64,000 nt of DNA from Schizochytrium sp. TIO01. Its lineage: Eukaryota; Protista; Bigyra: Labyrinthulomycetes. The stretch covers positions 782,436 to 846,435 of the forward strand of contig SMSO01000031.1 of assembly GCA_004764695.1 (NCBI GenBank), written 5' to 3'. Numbering within the stretch: position 1 is the first letter of the stretch; each line of letters opens with the position of its first letter. The notes below the pieces were generated by a model. It ran no database searches, was not told the origin of the DNA, and saw nothing but the letters and a program-made list of their open reading frames with translations. Below are positions 36,201 through 48,602 of the stretch, one piece after another. Position numbers and translations under genes: made by a program.

Positions 36201-38249
36201 TATTTAAATAGTCAGGATAGCTGTTATCTACATGTCTTTGTTGTTTTCCGCCCTGCCTTGTCTCTAGGTAGACACCGCCGTTGTCGGGATTCTTGCTTTC
36301 TTAGCACTTGTTCTGAACCAAACTGAGCAGTCTATTTCGACAAGAACCTTTTAATTAGTACCAAAACACAAATCAAAATCTTCATCGTTTAGTACAGCCT
36401 TAGTCGACGCTGCGAGGCTCTCATTGACTGATGATTTCAAGCTAGCAAATTTCAAGTACTGTCTTCAATGAGGATCTCCGAAGCTTAGTTAGATGGGTTT
36501 TCAGACTCTTTATCGAGTGCAAATTTGCCTCAAGGTTCAACCTGGATTCTACTCCAATTCCTGCGTTTTATGTTTTTTTCAAGGCTGAGACATACTAGGT
36601 CACTCAGTTAAGCCGTATGCGTGTTTTGATGAAGAAGCTCCTGAATCTGAAGTAATCATCTCATGCTTTCAGTCTTTCAATAAAACTTGGCAATACCCTG
36701 AGGGTGCGAGGCACTCGTGCTGTCGCGTGCGGGCGTGACTATCAACGTGGAGGCAGGCAGGCATGAGTCAAAATAAACGTACGAAAGAAGCTGATTTCGC
36801 AAACTGACTACCTTTTAAAGCCACAGTACATCTATGCTAGCAAGCAATAAGACAGACAGACCTTCGTAGCACCTTGGAAACGGGCCAGCAAACTTCACTG
36901 AAGCGGCCTCAGTTCGTTTCCGTTCGCATGTTGTACAGTTCTGCAGAACTTGATAAATTGGAGCAACGTCCATTTTTCTCTTTTTCGCCGGAAATCGGGG
37001 GGAATGAATCGAGCTCCCCTTTGACAAACACCGAACCAAGGAACTCGAGTTTCTCTTGGCGGACCCCTTCACGAAGTTGTCAGGCTTTAGGGCCACCTTT
37101 AGACTTTGGCCAAAAAATGTAGCAAGGGTCTTTTTCGCTTGATATCTTTTGCGGCTTGTCCCAAAAATGCCGCCAACGGTTGTTATTATTACCCTGTCAC
37201 AGATCCACGGCCCCATTTACTGCAGCATCGTCATCATTTGTATGACACACGCCCGTCGTCATCTATTATGCTCGCGACAGCAAGTTTCGAGAGAACTACA
37301 ACTTATCAAGGAATAGAAACCACAGAACGGCAGAACGAAGAGATGACTTGAAGGAAGAAAAAAAGAAAAACAGAAAAAAAAGACAGAAAAGAAAAGATGT
37401 GCATCATAACGTTTTCAAAAGAAAAAAAAGAGGAAAAAAAAAAAAGACGCCAAATGCACGCCGTGTTTTCTGACGCTGCCTTATTTGTAATACCGAGGAA
37501 CGATTTCAGACATATACTACTGCCATGGATCCCAAGAATTGATTTGTACGAAAAGGAGCTGCCAGTATCCCATATACAATATAAGAAAATAGCTCTCGTC
37601 TCAGGCAATGGGTCAATAGCAGTTTTTTTTAATGGAAAACATTAGCAACGGGCTTTGCTTCAGAAACTGACTTACATAATAGCTCAGCGACAAACTGCTC
37701 GCACATTTGCGCAAATGCTGCCTCACACTGGTCCACAATACTATAGTACTTTAAATTGCCAGTGACGAACAGTGCATAATGGACCTAAGTAGAGGCAGGA
37801 ACTTATTGTTTCTTGCTTGTGCACCCCATTGACGAATCTGAAAATGCATGCTTCGCAGTGTTTCGCTTTCACATTGGTATCAACTGGCAAATTCTGTATT
37901 TAATTTTATTCATCGTGAAAGACAATAGTTTGACTTTTGAAAAGGAAAGAAACAAGCAGCTTGTAACGTTTAAGATTCCTCAGAGAGCCCTCCATGAGAA
38001 ACTTCAGATTTTGTTTTCGTTACTTCCGTGCAGATTGCATAATAAACAAAACTAGGTAGACGGGGAATGGAACAGCATAGAATGGTTAGATAAAGCAAGT
38101 TATCACACCATGATTGCAATCGAATTATTTATATAGACGTTTTAAAATAAATAAACAAAATATGATTGAACTGGCTCAGTCTGCAACTGCTCTTCTATGG
38201 TATGCTGATCAGCAAAACTCCTTCTTGAACCCCTCAAGATGAATATGAA

Positions 38250-38680
38250 TAAGCCCTCTGGTGGTAAATAAAGAAAGCTTGCTCTTTGCACAGGGGGGGC
38301 GCCATCAGGCATTGTGGCAAGCATTCTGTTCAAAAGAACGTCTCTCCAAGCAAATCTGTTATTCTACTATCGCGAAAGATGCCCCTCTGAGTGAACCAAA
38401 TCAACTTCAGCGTCTCACTTTGCGCGAATTTTTTTCCATGGTACTGCGCAAGTGCGCAACGAAAGGAGGAAGAAAAGACGAAAAAAAAAGGTGCCTGTTA
38501 GATTCAATAATCCCATCATAGGCGTAATGACGAACAGGTATGGTCCACACTTTCAGAACTGCTGCTTGGAGATCCTGTTTTCTCTTCGTCAAAAAATTGA
38601 CATACGGAGTCTGCAGCTTTCGACGACGGTGGTCCCGACAATTGCGATGATGGAGGCTAACTCAGCAAACTTTGTCATCA
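38250..38680 (-). pseudogene. Possible decayed multi-pass membrane-protein ORF (unidentified)
   Basis: MTKFAELASIIAIVGTTVV...RRENRISKQQF*KCGPYLFVITPMMGLLNLT.. with stops and frameshifts. Protein-like, but the family is not identified with certainty. Confidence 0.2.
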
Positions 38681-40952
38681 ATGGAAAGAGAGAAATATGT
38701 ATTTTATTCGTCACTGGGAGATTGAATTTCTTTTCACTCTTCATTCCCCCATAAATTAAAGAAACATTTTTCAAATACCATTTTTAGTAAAACAATAACA
38801 AACAAATTTATCGTTTTTTATTTTTTAAATATATATTTTTTAAGATGTAGCTGTGATACTTTAAAAGCTGATTGCATCAGCATCAGAATGAATAGCTTAA
38901 TATTTTTAGTTTGAACTGCAGAGCCTCATTCTCTGGGCATCATTGCAAAAGGTTTCTTGAAAATACATAATTCAAGCAGACCACGGCCATGTCTTTTAAA
39001 TTAAAAACACTTCGTCTCCTTTTTTTTTTTTTTTTTAAATTGAAAAAAATCCATTCTCATAGTACTGTTTGCCAATTTCGTTTGACCTTGTTTGCGAAGC
39101 TGATTTCGCGGTTCTTCTCAGCAGTTTTGCGGAGGAGTCCACGTCTCTCTTGTTCGCTTGGAACTTCTGAGACATGCACAACAAAGACCGAGAAGGAACG
39201 GGGCACCCTCCTAAAGCCAGTTGTGCCTCCTTCCTGCTCGTGCTATCACCCTCCTCCTTTAAAGTTAACTTGTTCGCAGCAGAAGAACTCGCTCAAAGGC
39301 CTGTTACGTTCTCTCGAATTCTGCTAGACGTGGATAACAATTAAATTAAAATGGGGACAATAAGTTATGAATGGAAATTCACACACTACCTAGGTATTAG
39401 ATTGCCTCAAGCATCTTCGACGCAGCCCAGATACCAGCCTAAGCTCCATCGCGCAATCAAGTTGTTAATGTTCGACGTCCACCCCAGCCAAAACTGCCGT
39501 CATGATTTCTACGGAATTAGTGAGGCAACTTAGTCTGTTGGGTATTATCAAAGAATCTCACTGTGCAATGTGCTACTTTTGCTACATTCTTGTGTAGACT
39601 TCCTCAATGTGGCTCGTCGGTCGGTCGTTCGTCCCTATTCACTGTTACATTTGGAAAGTAAGCTCAAGCAACGAGCAAGTTCAAGTTGGAAAGAATGCGG
39701 TCTCCAACCACGTTGCTGGGCGAGTGATAAGCTCAGGGAGGTTTAGCTCAGAAGAAGGCACAGTTCTTTTCGACTTGTTTCTTGCAAGGAGAAATTTTAC
39801 TTTCTCAATCTTCTTGTCGCCTTTCAGCGACGTTTTCTGCGCATTTGCAATGATCTGATTCTCAAATGGAGTTCAAAGCAGAAGAAGAAGACCACAATGA
39901 ACCATTTCTGACGTTTTCTATAACAATACATGAATAAACCTATTTTCACACGAGGAGCACCTGAACTTGGAGGCTTTACAGGCTTGGAGACGTTGCAAGC
40001 TCGAGCGCCGCTGAGGAGCTGCCTCGAGCGTGCCTGCGTGTGGAGCACGATTTCGAGTGCAGATACATACGAGAGGTGCCCACGTGCGTGAGCAAGTGCA
40101 GGAGTGGTAGCTAAGCTAGCTATCTGTCTATGGCCGCAGCGAGGGAATCACATTTTACCAAAAGGTGCTACCAACTTATGTTACTAACATGGTAAATCGC
40201 AGTGTCTGGCACTGCAAATTAGCCCATCATAAGTGCTAATGGCTTCCATAGTTTGATGTAGGATTCGCTGAGCAACCCTCAAAACCTGGCAACTTGAAGA
40301 GGACTCGCTCACGGAGGAATGAGCGTGTCGGCAGCAAATATACAGACAATTATATTTATATAAATAATTGATGTCAATCTGGATAGCAAAGGAGCCTCCC
40401 GGCCTTCCCCAGTACCATGCGGAAAGCCCTAGGACGCTAGTAGTAGCTGCTGCGAGTTGTTCAACGTGAAATGGTGCTTCGTAGCACCTCCCTCCTCCTC
40501 CTTCATCGCCTTATTTCCCACAGAACAGAGCTTGAGTTTCTTCGTGTAAACCAAGCCTTTGTCCGCCAAGGCAACCAAGGGGTGCCACAGACAGCGCCGG
40601 AGACCGTGGCCACCGCCACACAGAGCAGAGAGCCCGCCTCCGAGTCGCCGCCTTCTTCGAAAACCGGTGTCCAATTGCTGGCCTTTTTCTCCTAGCAGAA
40701 CTTTTCAGAATCCGGCCCGCGATTTGGTCACACGTGCCGCGTGTGTTCGTTGCCTTTGATTTGTATCGTAGCGCCTTACTCTCATGCTTTTCGTAACTAA
40801 GAACCCAGCTTGCTCGTAGCTCCTAGCGGACACTTACCCGCGCTAGGCCCCGTTTCGTTCTGTCTTGTTAGAGCGGCCTGCTTCCTTCCAAGACCGAGAG
40901 CTGTAAGCCCTGCTAAGAAGTCCTTTTGATGGTGCTACTACAGCGCGTACAT

Positions 40953-41072
40953 GGATTGATTGATTTATTACATTGACTGGTTTATTGCATTCATTGATTT
41001 GTTACGTTGATTGATCGATTGATCGATTGATCGATTGATTTTTTGTGTATGTATGTATGTATGTATGTATGT
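40953..41072. repeat. Compound (ATTG)n / (ATCGATTG)n / (TATG)n microsatellite
   Basis: Directly visible. Confidence 0.9.
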
Positions 41073-41619
41073 AAAGTATAGTATGTATAGTATGCGGCAT
41101 TTGATAATTTTAAAGGCGAGTCGCTGTGAATGACAGAAAAGGCGATTGATGCGCTGCATGTGGACAGTTTTAGAAGGGTTGCGGTGCTCTCTGGACGCAA
41201 GCTCACTCGCTCTTGGAGGAGCTCGGGTCGATTCGGGTCGCTAGCACGGCGGAGTCGAGCAGGAGATCTATCTGCCTGCGAGTTTGCAGGTGACGCTCGT
41301 TCGCGCGAGAACCTGTGCACTGCGAGCGGGTGAACTCGATGGTGGTGTGCCTGCATTTGTAAAGTCCTACAGAGTAGCAAGACGAAGTGCAACTCACTTG
41401 CTTTCAAGCAAGCATAGCATAGCAAACATAATAAGCCAGAAAACGTGCTCGCCGATGGTCACGGCATCATCGTACTAGGCGGTGAACGAAGTCTCGTATC
41501 GTGGACTTTGTGGAATCGAGCGAGGGAGTGGGCGAGCGGGGGAGCGATGCTTTGAGTGATCCGTGCACACGAGCCTCGCCTGCCCCCGCACTGCATTGCA
41601 CTTACAAGAAGATAGTCGA

Positions 41620-42050
41620 ATGTCCTAGAAAGAACTTGGCAGGAAGTCGCACTGTGTGTGGCCCAGCTGACGATCGTCCTCATGAATAAGGCATCTCCGT
41701 GAAGCATAGAAGTTACCAGAGGAACTTGGATTGTGTGCTGCTGCTTCTACGCGTTCCGAAAATGTAGAATATGCCTCCAGCATGATAACTCTGGGAAGGA
41801 GTACTCTGACAACAAGTATATATATAATTGTCATAGATGAAAATCTGTCTTCGCGTTTATTAAAATGAAAATGATAAGATATGCTATTAGCCAATCGAGC
41901 TTCGCTGGAGAGGGAATTATAACAATTCTTAAACTCACGGGACATTTGCAGCAGGCAAGACGAGATTGGATCTGCGATACCCTAAAATTTTGTTCAAAAG
42001 AATATCTTTTAGCTGAATAATGATTCTAGCACCTAGAAATGAACCACTCT
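41620..42050 (+). pseudogene. Decayed TPR-like ORF
   Basis: RHLREA*KL (41689), VEYASSMITLG/KEYSDN (41764-41813; YA.SL.NLG..Y), DENLSSRLLK and DICSRQDEIGSAIP (41941). TPR-like helix pairs broken by stops. Confidence 0.35.
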
Positions 42051-42406
42051 TATCATAGTTTTTTACAGTAGGAGTAGAATTAACAATAGAAGAGTAGCTA
42101 ATGAAAGAATCTCATTCAAAAGCTGATCCATCTTCTATTTTCATTTGTCATTCTTTTCCTATTGATTACACTGAGCTTTAAAAGTTTTTAATAACATTAA
42201 AAACAATATAATACAGCACCTTTCTTTTCCAGCCTCATAGATGTTACCATTATTATTAATTTTGCTACCACTTACTTTAAACCAAAACTAAAAATATTAT
42301 TTTTAAATAAAAAAGGTAATTAAAAAATTATGATCAGGTGGCTTTTACTTCGTTTCATTTACCAACAATAAAGTTTTTATATACTAATAAACCACACCAA
42401 TAATAA

Positions 42407-42411
<5 letters not shown>

Positions 42412-42438
<27 letters not shown>
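42412..42438. repeat. Poly(A) tract (27 nt) in an AT-rich island
   Basis: Directly visible. Confidence 0.9.
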
Positions 42439-44170
42439 GCAAAGCAAAGCCCAAGAAGCATCTTTTCCATATCACTACAATCAAACAATTAAATTATTCC
42501 ATCCGTGTTCTCTCCTTCCAGAGAAACAAGAAAAACCACTTATTAACCCCGAGGGCAGAGAGTTTGTTTTATTTCCCTTCGCCTTCATCCGTCTCTGTTG
42601 TGCTTCTTCGCCCTTTCGACCCTAAATAAAAAGAAGCAGCGCGAATCCCCTTTCTTGCGCTGCTTACCTACTACTTACTTACTTTCCTGCTCGGACGCAC
42701 GCGGTGATTTGCGGAACGCGGTCGCCATTTGTGCACAATTGCTCGTGGAACAGGTTTTCCTCTTGTTCGGCCTCCTTCAAAGAGCTTACAGAACGAGGGC
42801 ACCCTAGCTGGCCCTAGGGAAGCGCCTAGCTGCACTAAACCCTGGCCACCGGGCTCTTTCCGCTTAAGCCTCCTCCTACTTCGGTCCCCATGAGACCATC
42901 TTTGCGCCAAGTTAAGTTAAGGCAGTATGTCAGGCATTCATTCATTCATTCATTCATTCTTCGATTGCTAACTGCTCTGCTTACGAAGACTCTCTGGTCA
43001 CACGCGGTGCTGGGCTGCTAGTCTGAGTCCGTCTGCAAATGATTCATTGCGCCTCGCGAGGTCACATTTGTATGGGCGAATGTGCTGACCTTGGTTTACA
43101 AGGTTCGACTTGCCCGCCTTAGAAATTCTCATTCGTGGTTTTGCTCTTTCAAGGGCAGTGTGTGGAGTGACCTGCTTATGGATAATAGCACGAACATAGT
43201 GGTACTAGTACCTTCCTTGGTACACTGTTGGTTGAGAGGATAGAATTGAAAGCGATGCCGCATGACAGCGCCGCGCGTGGCATTGTTTTCAAGTTGGTGA
43301 TCCTTGAGAACTCTGCTCCGACGTTCTCATTGGTCAAGGTTAAGATTTGGAGGCAACGTGTGAAAAAGGACTCGCTGTCCTGGTTCAATGCATACCATTC
43401 TTGTTGCTGTATTAGCTCCACCCTCTAAAGCGATGGCATGAGAATCTTGACAGAGAGAAGTACTATACAACCCCTGTGTAAAGATTTTGGCTGTACAAAT
43501 GCAGACTTGGATATTATTTTTCATAGCATGCAAATTTTGTAGACAAAGCGTGAGCAGAAAAGTAAGTAGGGTTTGCCCCGATCTACAAGGAGGCCTTGGC
43601 GTGTCCTTTTCAGTTCGACTATAATGTTAGATTTCACGGGTTTCTGATTTTGTATCCTCAAGATCTAGATGTGCATGCTTGGAAAGTGAGATATTTGACT
43701 TCCCGTCCAAATCATCAGAAGAGCGGAAGATCAACGCGTGAGAAAACTATATTCGACGATCACATGTGTTTTTCTCTCTACAAGGAAACACATTACTTGC
43801 TACCCGTGTGACCCATGAAATGTAAATTTGGGCAAATTCATCATTCATTGAATATATTCCATGCACAGGCTCAAGCTTTTTATGCATGGAAGGAAGGGAG
43901 AGTCGAAGATTTGGACGCCTACCAGCACAAATCCAGATTTGTCACTGAGATCTCCCCATAACTCTTCGGTTTCAATTAAAATGTAGATACCACCAAGCAA
44001 GTGCTAGCCCGGTGGGTACACAAAACCCATCGATATACTTTTGCCTGTTTTATTAAAGAACAAACACGAAAATTAGCCCGTGCGAGCACGAGTCGCCGCG
44101 TGTCAAGACTACTCAGCGAGTTCCCCCTTACCATCATGGTAGGTACTACCGTTCACTAACTTTCCCCATC

Positions 44171-44233
44171 TTCATTCATTCATTCATTCATTCATTCATT
44201 CATTCATTCATTCATTCATTCATTCATTCATTC
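44171..44233. repeat. (TTCA)n microsatellite, ~15-16 units
   Basis: Directly visible. Confidence 0.95.
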
Positions 44234-47200
44234 GCCACCACTCAAATATTTTCATTCTTTATAGCCAGCCTAGCGCTAGCCTCCTCCTACCGAAACCTTT
44301 ATGTAGCTATAGCTAGCCAGCGAGCGCTTTTCATTTGTTTAATCATTTACATGGAACAACATGTGAAGCGAAGACTTCATTTTCTTTTTACAACTTCGAA
44401 ACAAAAATGAAAAGGAACCTTTGAAGGGAACATCAAAATTGCAGCTGCAGCGCTGAAAGAAATGAGTGTCAGCGCTTTTCAGATTTGTAGCGCCAGGCGG
44501 GTTGCGCACCGACGAACGAAGGCCTCGTCGTGAGCTGAGTTTCGAACGCCCCGAGTTTATTTATAGCCTGCTCTCCGATCAGTTCCTGCTTCTTCAAGCC
44601 AGCCGCTTCAAGGCGAAGCAAGCAAGCTCTTCGAACAAAATTGCAAATTTGCTGTCTTCAACAAGTGCACATATTCTTTCGTTTCGTTCGCAATGCCGTT
44701 TTTACTCTTTGTTATCATCTCTTTTACAAGCAAGTGGAGCCAAGCAAAACCTGAAGGATGTGGTTGAGAAGTACTTGCAAAGAACTTGGAGGCCCTCGCG
44801 TTCCATTCAGCATTGCACGCAATCTTATCGCTTCGTGGTTGTGGTAGTAGTAGTATTCGCCTTCGTGCAATGCAATTTTCATTCTCCTTTTTTGTAACCT
44901 GCATTAACCCATATCATAAGATCCAATCCTCGCTGCTCGGATACTGACTGCGGTTGCTGATATAGAAAGAAACCAAGCTCTCTTTTTGCTCTTTTGGTCT
45001 GTCTGAGGAGTGGATATGGAGGTGACGCCTTCTCTGCGGGGCATTCAAGGCCAGGCTGACAGGTTGCGTGAGCCTTCTCGAAGCTGCGGCAGTCACTGGA
45101 CAGCATCCTGCACTACATGATGGACGTGATGGGCCAATTGGCTCGTTTTGCTCAGAGCCACTGATTATGTGTTCCTTCTTAGTTTGTTTGTTTGTTTGTT
45201 TGTTCTTGAAGAAAAAAGAAGTTGGTTTTCAAGTTGCTTGCTTAGAAAGAAAGAAAGAAAGAGAGAAAGCTGTCGCTTTCTTCGCTTGAAAGTGTTGTTT
45301 ATTTAATTTATTAATATAAAAAGTTAACAAAACTAAAAACGTTTGTTCTACGAAAATCTTTTCATGGCAGCACACGAAAGGGAAAGAAGGAGTTCATGAA
45401 AGCGAGAACGGAAAGCAGAGGCTCAAGCATACTGTGTTTCGTTGCGGGCGATTTCTAAGGAAAGATCAGAGTAACCGAAGGTTTTATCAATTTAAAAGAA
45501 AGAAAACTGAGGTGGCTGGCATGTTTTTCTTTGGAGTTGGAGAATAAATCGGAAAGGGGTGCAAGGTTCTGAAATGATAAGTTGCACAGTCAGTCACAGG
45601 CGGTCGAGCTCCGGGGCTTCTTGTGACCTATAATCTGGGCTGCATTAAATTCAACTCACGACAGACGTACAAAACGTTCACCGTTAAAGGGCGACGAATG
45701 TATTCGGTTGGCACGGTTGCGCTTCAAGTTTTTCTTCATCGTTTGTCCCAGAGACGAAATTGTTGAAGCGCACAAAATTTCCAAGTCATGATGAAATGAT
45801 CATTTGTCGTCATTAGTTAAACTGAAGTAATCCGCAACTCTATGCAAGAAAACAGCATCGTTTAAAGCGAACGCAAAATATCTTTGTAAAGAAAAAGCTT
45901 TGAAGTTTTTTTGTTTTCTGGCATGCTCAGCGAAGAAGTTGAACAGGAGAAGATGAGGGCGCTCGATACGCAACGAATCTTGCTACCTTTCCAGCCAAAT
46001 CTCTTAGATTTAACTTCTTTCATTCATTCGTTCGATCCTTGAATAAACAACAAAGCAAGTCTATAACCCAGCTAGCTTCCGTCCATTGCCCCAATGAAAC
46101 AAAACGCGCGAGCGAGGGATGCTATATTGTTCGCAAACAAGACCAAAACATCTGATGCCAGCAAATTTTGCTTTTAACATATGTAAAACGTACAATAGTC
46201 TGAATTTGCAAGAAGAAGCGTTCACCATAGCAACTGCAACTGTACAAGGCCACGTACTTGAACGTCCAACTTCGCCGCCTCCGAACGTCCGGCTGTGCAG
46301 GAAGAACCATGCGCGATGTAATCAAAGGCAAATCTGAGTCAAATTTAACGGGGTGCTCTCTTCTTCCCTCGCTCGCCTCAGAGCCGCTCATTGTCCCATT
46401 CATTTCCTCCTTGGGTATATATATATATACATGTATTTAATAATAATAAAACTATAGGTCTTCGTACTCTTTCTTGTTACTTTTGTTTCCATTTTAATTA
46501 ATTTCATTATAAAAATATAATGCTGATCACCCTTCTGTTATACGGCTGTGTACGTGTACAACAATAAATAAATAACTTCATTCGTAGTACCCATAACTCG
46601 CTAAGTTATTCTCAGAGGAGCTGTTTCTTCGGTTTCCCATGTCCTCGAATTGCGTGGCCCTTAGATTAATGCGTTGACCCCGCTCAAGTTGGCATCCCCA
46701 CTCGATGCTTTGGAGAAGAGCTTCATCCCAGTCTGCATCCAATCCACAGCATTCTAAGCGCTGAGCGACGACTGTGATCGGCTGCCGGCGAGGGACTCAT
46801 TTGGGGCGGGTGGGCGAGTGAGCGAGCGAACAAGCGACCAGCAAATGACAGACAGCACGCACATCTTTTGTTTGCTCCATCCCTTTGTTTAATTTGTGCA
46901 ACTCGCAGCTCGCAAGGGATTCGCATGAACAAATAAGGCGGCCGGGACGGGGTCCTGGGGCTTGTGGACCTCGCAAACTTGCATGCACCAAGGGCCGCGG
47001 CATTGGACTGGAAAGCGCAGATCTCGTTTCAGATGCAAGGAAAACGAGGGTTGCAATTCGCATGGTAAATGCGCGAGGGCAAACTAAATTAAATTAAATC
47101 AAATCAAATTCATCTACTTTAATGTGTTCTCTCTCAACTTACAGACTGACAAACAAACACGTCGATCGATCGCATCACCGTCGTTACCGGTTAATGTCAT

Positions 47201-48528
47201 ATTTGCTCGCTGGGTTCCATCGATCTTGAAGTCGGTTTTGCCGGCTCCAGCAGCTCCGCGAAGGCACGCTCGCTCTACAAGTTAGAGTCGCCCACGCTGC
47301 CGTTGCTTGCTTGTATCTCTTCGTTTCGTGCTTCGCTTTTTGCTGTCGTCTTGTCTTACAGTTCTGCATGTCAACAAGACAAGGCGCCTCGTGCTGCCCT
47401 GTGCCGGCCCGTTCGTCGCAGTGGCGAGGCAGGCAGGCGAGATGGTGGCACCCCGCAACGAACAAAGGCAGAACGCCAAGAACGTGTCGCCGAGCTGTTC
47501 TTCGCTGTCGCTCGCTCGCTCGCTCGCCCTGCCCAAAATTACATTTTACCTGCATTTCGGGCCCACGCAATCGATCGAGATGCGCCAGCGACTGATTTAT
47601 CCGCACACAATTATGATCAAGCCTTTTCAGGAGGTCGATCCTTCTTACGATCTTCGTTCTCTAAGATGCCATCGTGGCGCTCGAATTCTTTCGCCTGATA
47701 GGGTGGCCAAAGAATCACGTGCCGTCGCCCTTTACCTTGGCGCTATCAGCTTTTGGACAGCTTGGCCAATTTGATGGTCTGGACTTGCTTGCTTGCTTGC
47801 TTTGCTTGCTTGTCTCATTGCTTGCAACATTGCTCAGCTTTGCTCAGCAAGCTGGACCGCCAGGAACCCTTCGCTGATGCCAGACAGACAAAGCGCAACG
47901 AGAGGGCCTGGGCTGGCTGCGCTGTCTTCACTGCCATGGATGGCGGGCATGCATGCATGTGCTGCGCGTCTCCATCAGTCGCTCTTAAAATACTCACTCC
48001 TGTTATAGAGGCAAGTGCACACATGATTTCTATATATATATATATTTATTTATTTACACACGAAGATTCTGCGTTTCTTCAATCAGCTTACGATCGCTCT
48101 GCACAGCGACAACGAGCAAAGGCAACCAGCAGAACGAGCTTGCTTTTTCTCGTTCCGTGGCGTCCCTTCACCCTCACGCACGCGAGAAGGATGGTGGTCA
48201 GGGAACGGGGTCCATTTGATTGCACGTGCTCGCTCGCTCGCTCGCTCGCCCAAATCCTTGGCCCTAACATTCATTACATGTCGCGAGGATCAACCAGAAC
48301 CAACGGAGAGAACAAACAAATAGACTTCCATCTTCCTCGAGCAGCGCTCCAAGCAGCACGACCAGTTGCACTCGAACCTCCTCGAGCAGTCGAGATGGCT
48401 TTTTGCTCGCTAACTAACTTGTCCGTGTGCTGGCTGTGCTGTCGGCAAGCGGTGTCCACCCGTTTCCGCGCATGAATCTAGAGTTCTCGAGGTCTCTGGC
48501 GAAGGGAATCTTCATCTCTGATTCTTTT

Positions 48529-48602
48529 CATATCCTATCATATCCTATCATATCCTATCATATCTGATCATATCTAAAATCTCATCTCATCTCATCTTAT
48601 CT
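48529..48602. repeat. (CATATCCTAT)n grading into (CTCAT)n
   Basis: Directly visible. Confidence 0.9.

Noticed and set aside
30807-36339. Shared 14-mer AGCAGTCTATTTCG at ~30807 and ~36326
   Set aside because: Several 14-mer matches are expected by chance in 64 kb, and the flanks do not align convincingly.
43074-43115. GGTTCGA T-loop-like motif in a small hairpin (tRNA/SINE?)
   Set aside because: No cloverleaf, A-box or acceptor stem.
47184-48475. Overlapping ORFs up to 240 aa
   Set aside because: They run through (GCTC)n, (GCTT)n and (TA)n repeats with non-protein-like composition.
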